DNA of 64,000 nucleotides, taken from Octopus bimaculoides. Taxonomy: Eukaryota. The stretch is taken from the NCBI RefSeq assembly GCF_001194135.2, contig NC_068984.1, positions 32,237,978 to 32,301,977 of the forward strand. Reading direction: 5' to 3'. Of the stretch, positions 63,511-64,000 are shown in pieces (position 1 is the first letter of the stretch; each line of letters begins with the position of its first letter). The position numbers were made by a program, and so were the translations under genes. Under the pieces are notes generated by a model that saw only the letters and a list, made by a program, of their open reading frames with translations, did no database searches and was not told the origin of the DNA.

Positions 63511-64000
63511 TTGAATAACAAGAATATCAATCTTTTAGAGAATGCACTTGCAGTGAGCTTTATTTTCTTCCTGCTAAACCCCAAGTCAAATTTCAAAGTT
63601 GTTCTAGTTGTGATCATCGCATTTTTCTTTTTTGTACACATAATGTATCTAGGGCTACAATATCCTATTTACTGTATTTTACTAAGAAAATAAGGTGCTG
63701 TTTAAGGGAGATTTAGCTATTGTTTGTAGCAGTTAGAATGTCCACATAAAAGATTGCAAATCAACAAATTTATATTTAGTTATAACTTCAAACTTTCCTC
63801 TTCATATTCCTTATTTAGTTTCCTTATATTTCTGTTTCATTTCTCAATGCCAGGCCACAAAAATCAGAAAATATACTAACATGAAAAAGGTTTCCCTCTT
63901 TTTGAAGAAGTCTAAACAAGAGATTGCTAGTGATCAAATATGGAGACTTTGCTCTCCAAGCTGCCATTCCCTCAGCTTTGAGAACAAAACTGTCAAATAA

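Noticed and set aside
1-64000. CRISPR arrays, rRNA genes, prokaryotic operons or defence systems
   Set aside because: No regularly spaced repeat-spacer array, rRNA-like sequence or long intact ORF; the sequence is eukaryotic repeat-rich DNA.

Overview
This is strongly AT-rich, microsatellite-dense eukaryotic DNA with two 10-N assembly gaps (4999-5008, 29511-29520). The repeat families resemble those I associate with octopus genomes, so the source is probably an octopus (inference). I could not establish a host protein-coding gene. The window reads as intronic or intergenic DNA filled with transposable-element debris: at least three tRNA-derived SINE families, RTE and R4/Dong-like LINE fragments, five mariner copies, piggyBac-like and Merlin-like MITEs, a ~2.2 kb foldback element and decayed Penelope-like elements (PLEs). 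Almost all ORFs in the supplied track are microsatellite, SINE or TE read-through. The most notable signals are (1) a nearly intact type I hammerhead ribozyme (34390-34434) at the tip of a ~125 nt rod-like helix, with further decayed hammerhead-like motifs (49095-49183 and weaker ones) and PLE RT and GIY-YIG relics in the same window; (2) a 277 bp TSD-flanked insert containing a 55 bp near-perfect hairpin plus several small hairpins; and (3) the foldback element, which has inward-facing E-box/YY1 clusters and a nested MITE. Coordinates were read by eye, and the ends of decayed elements are approximate.
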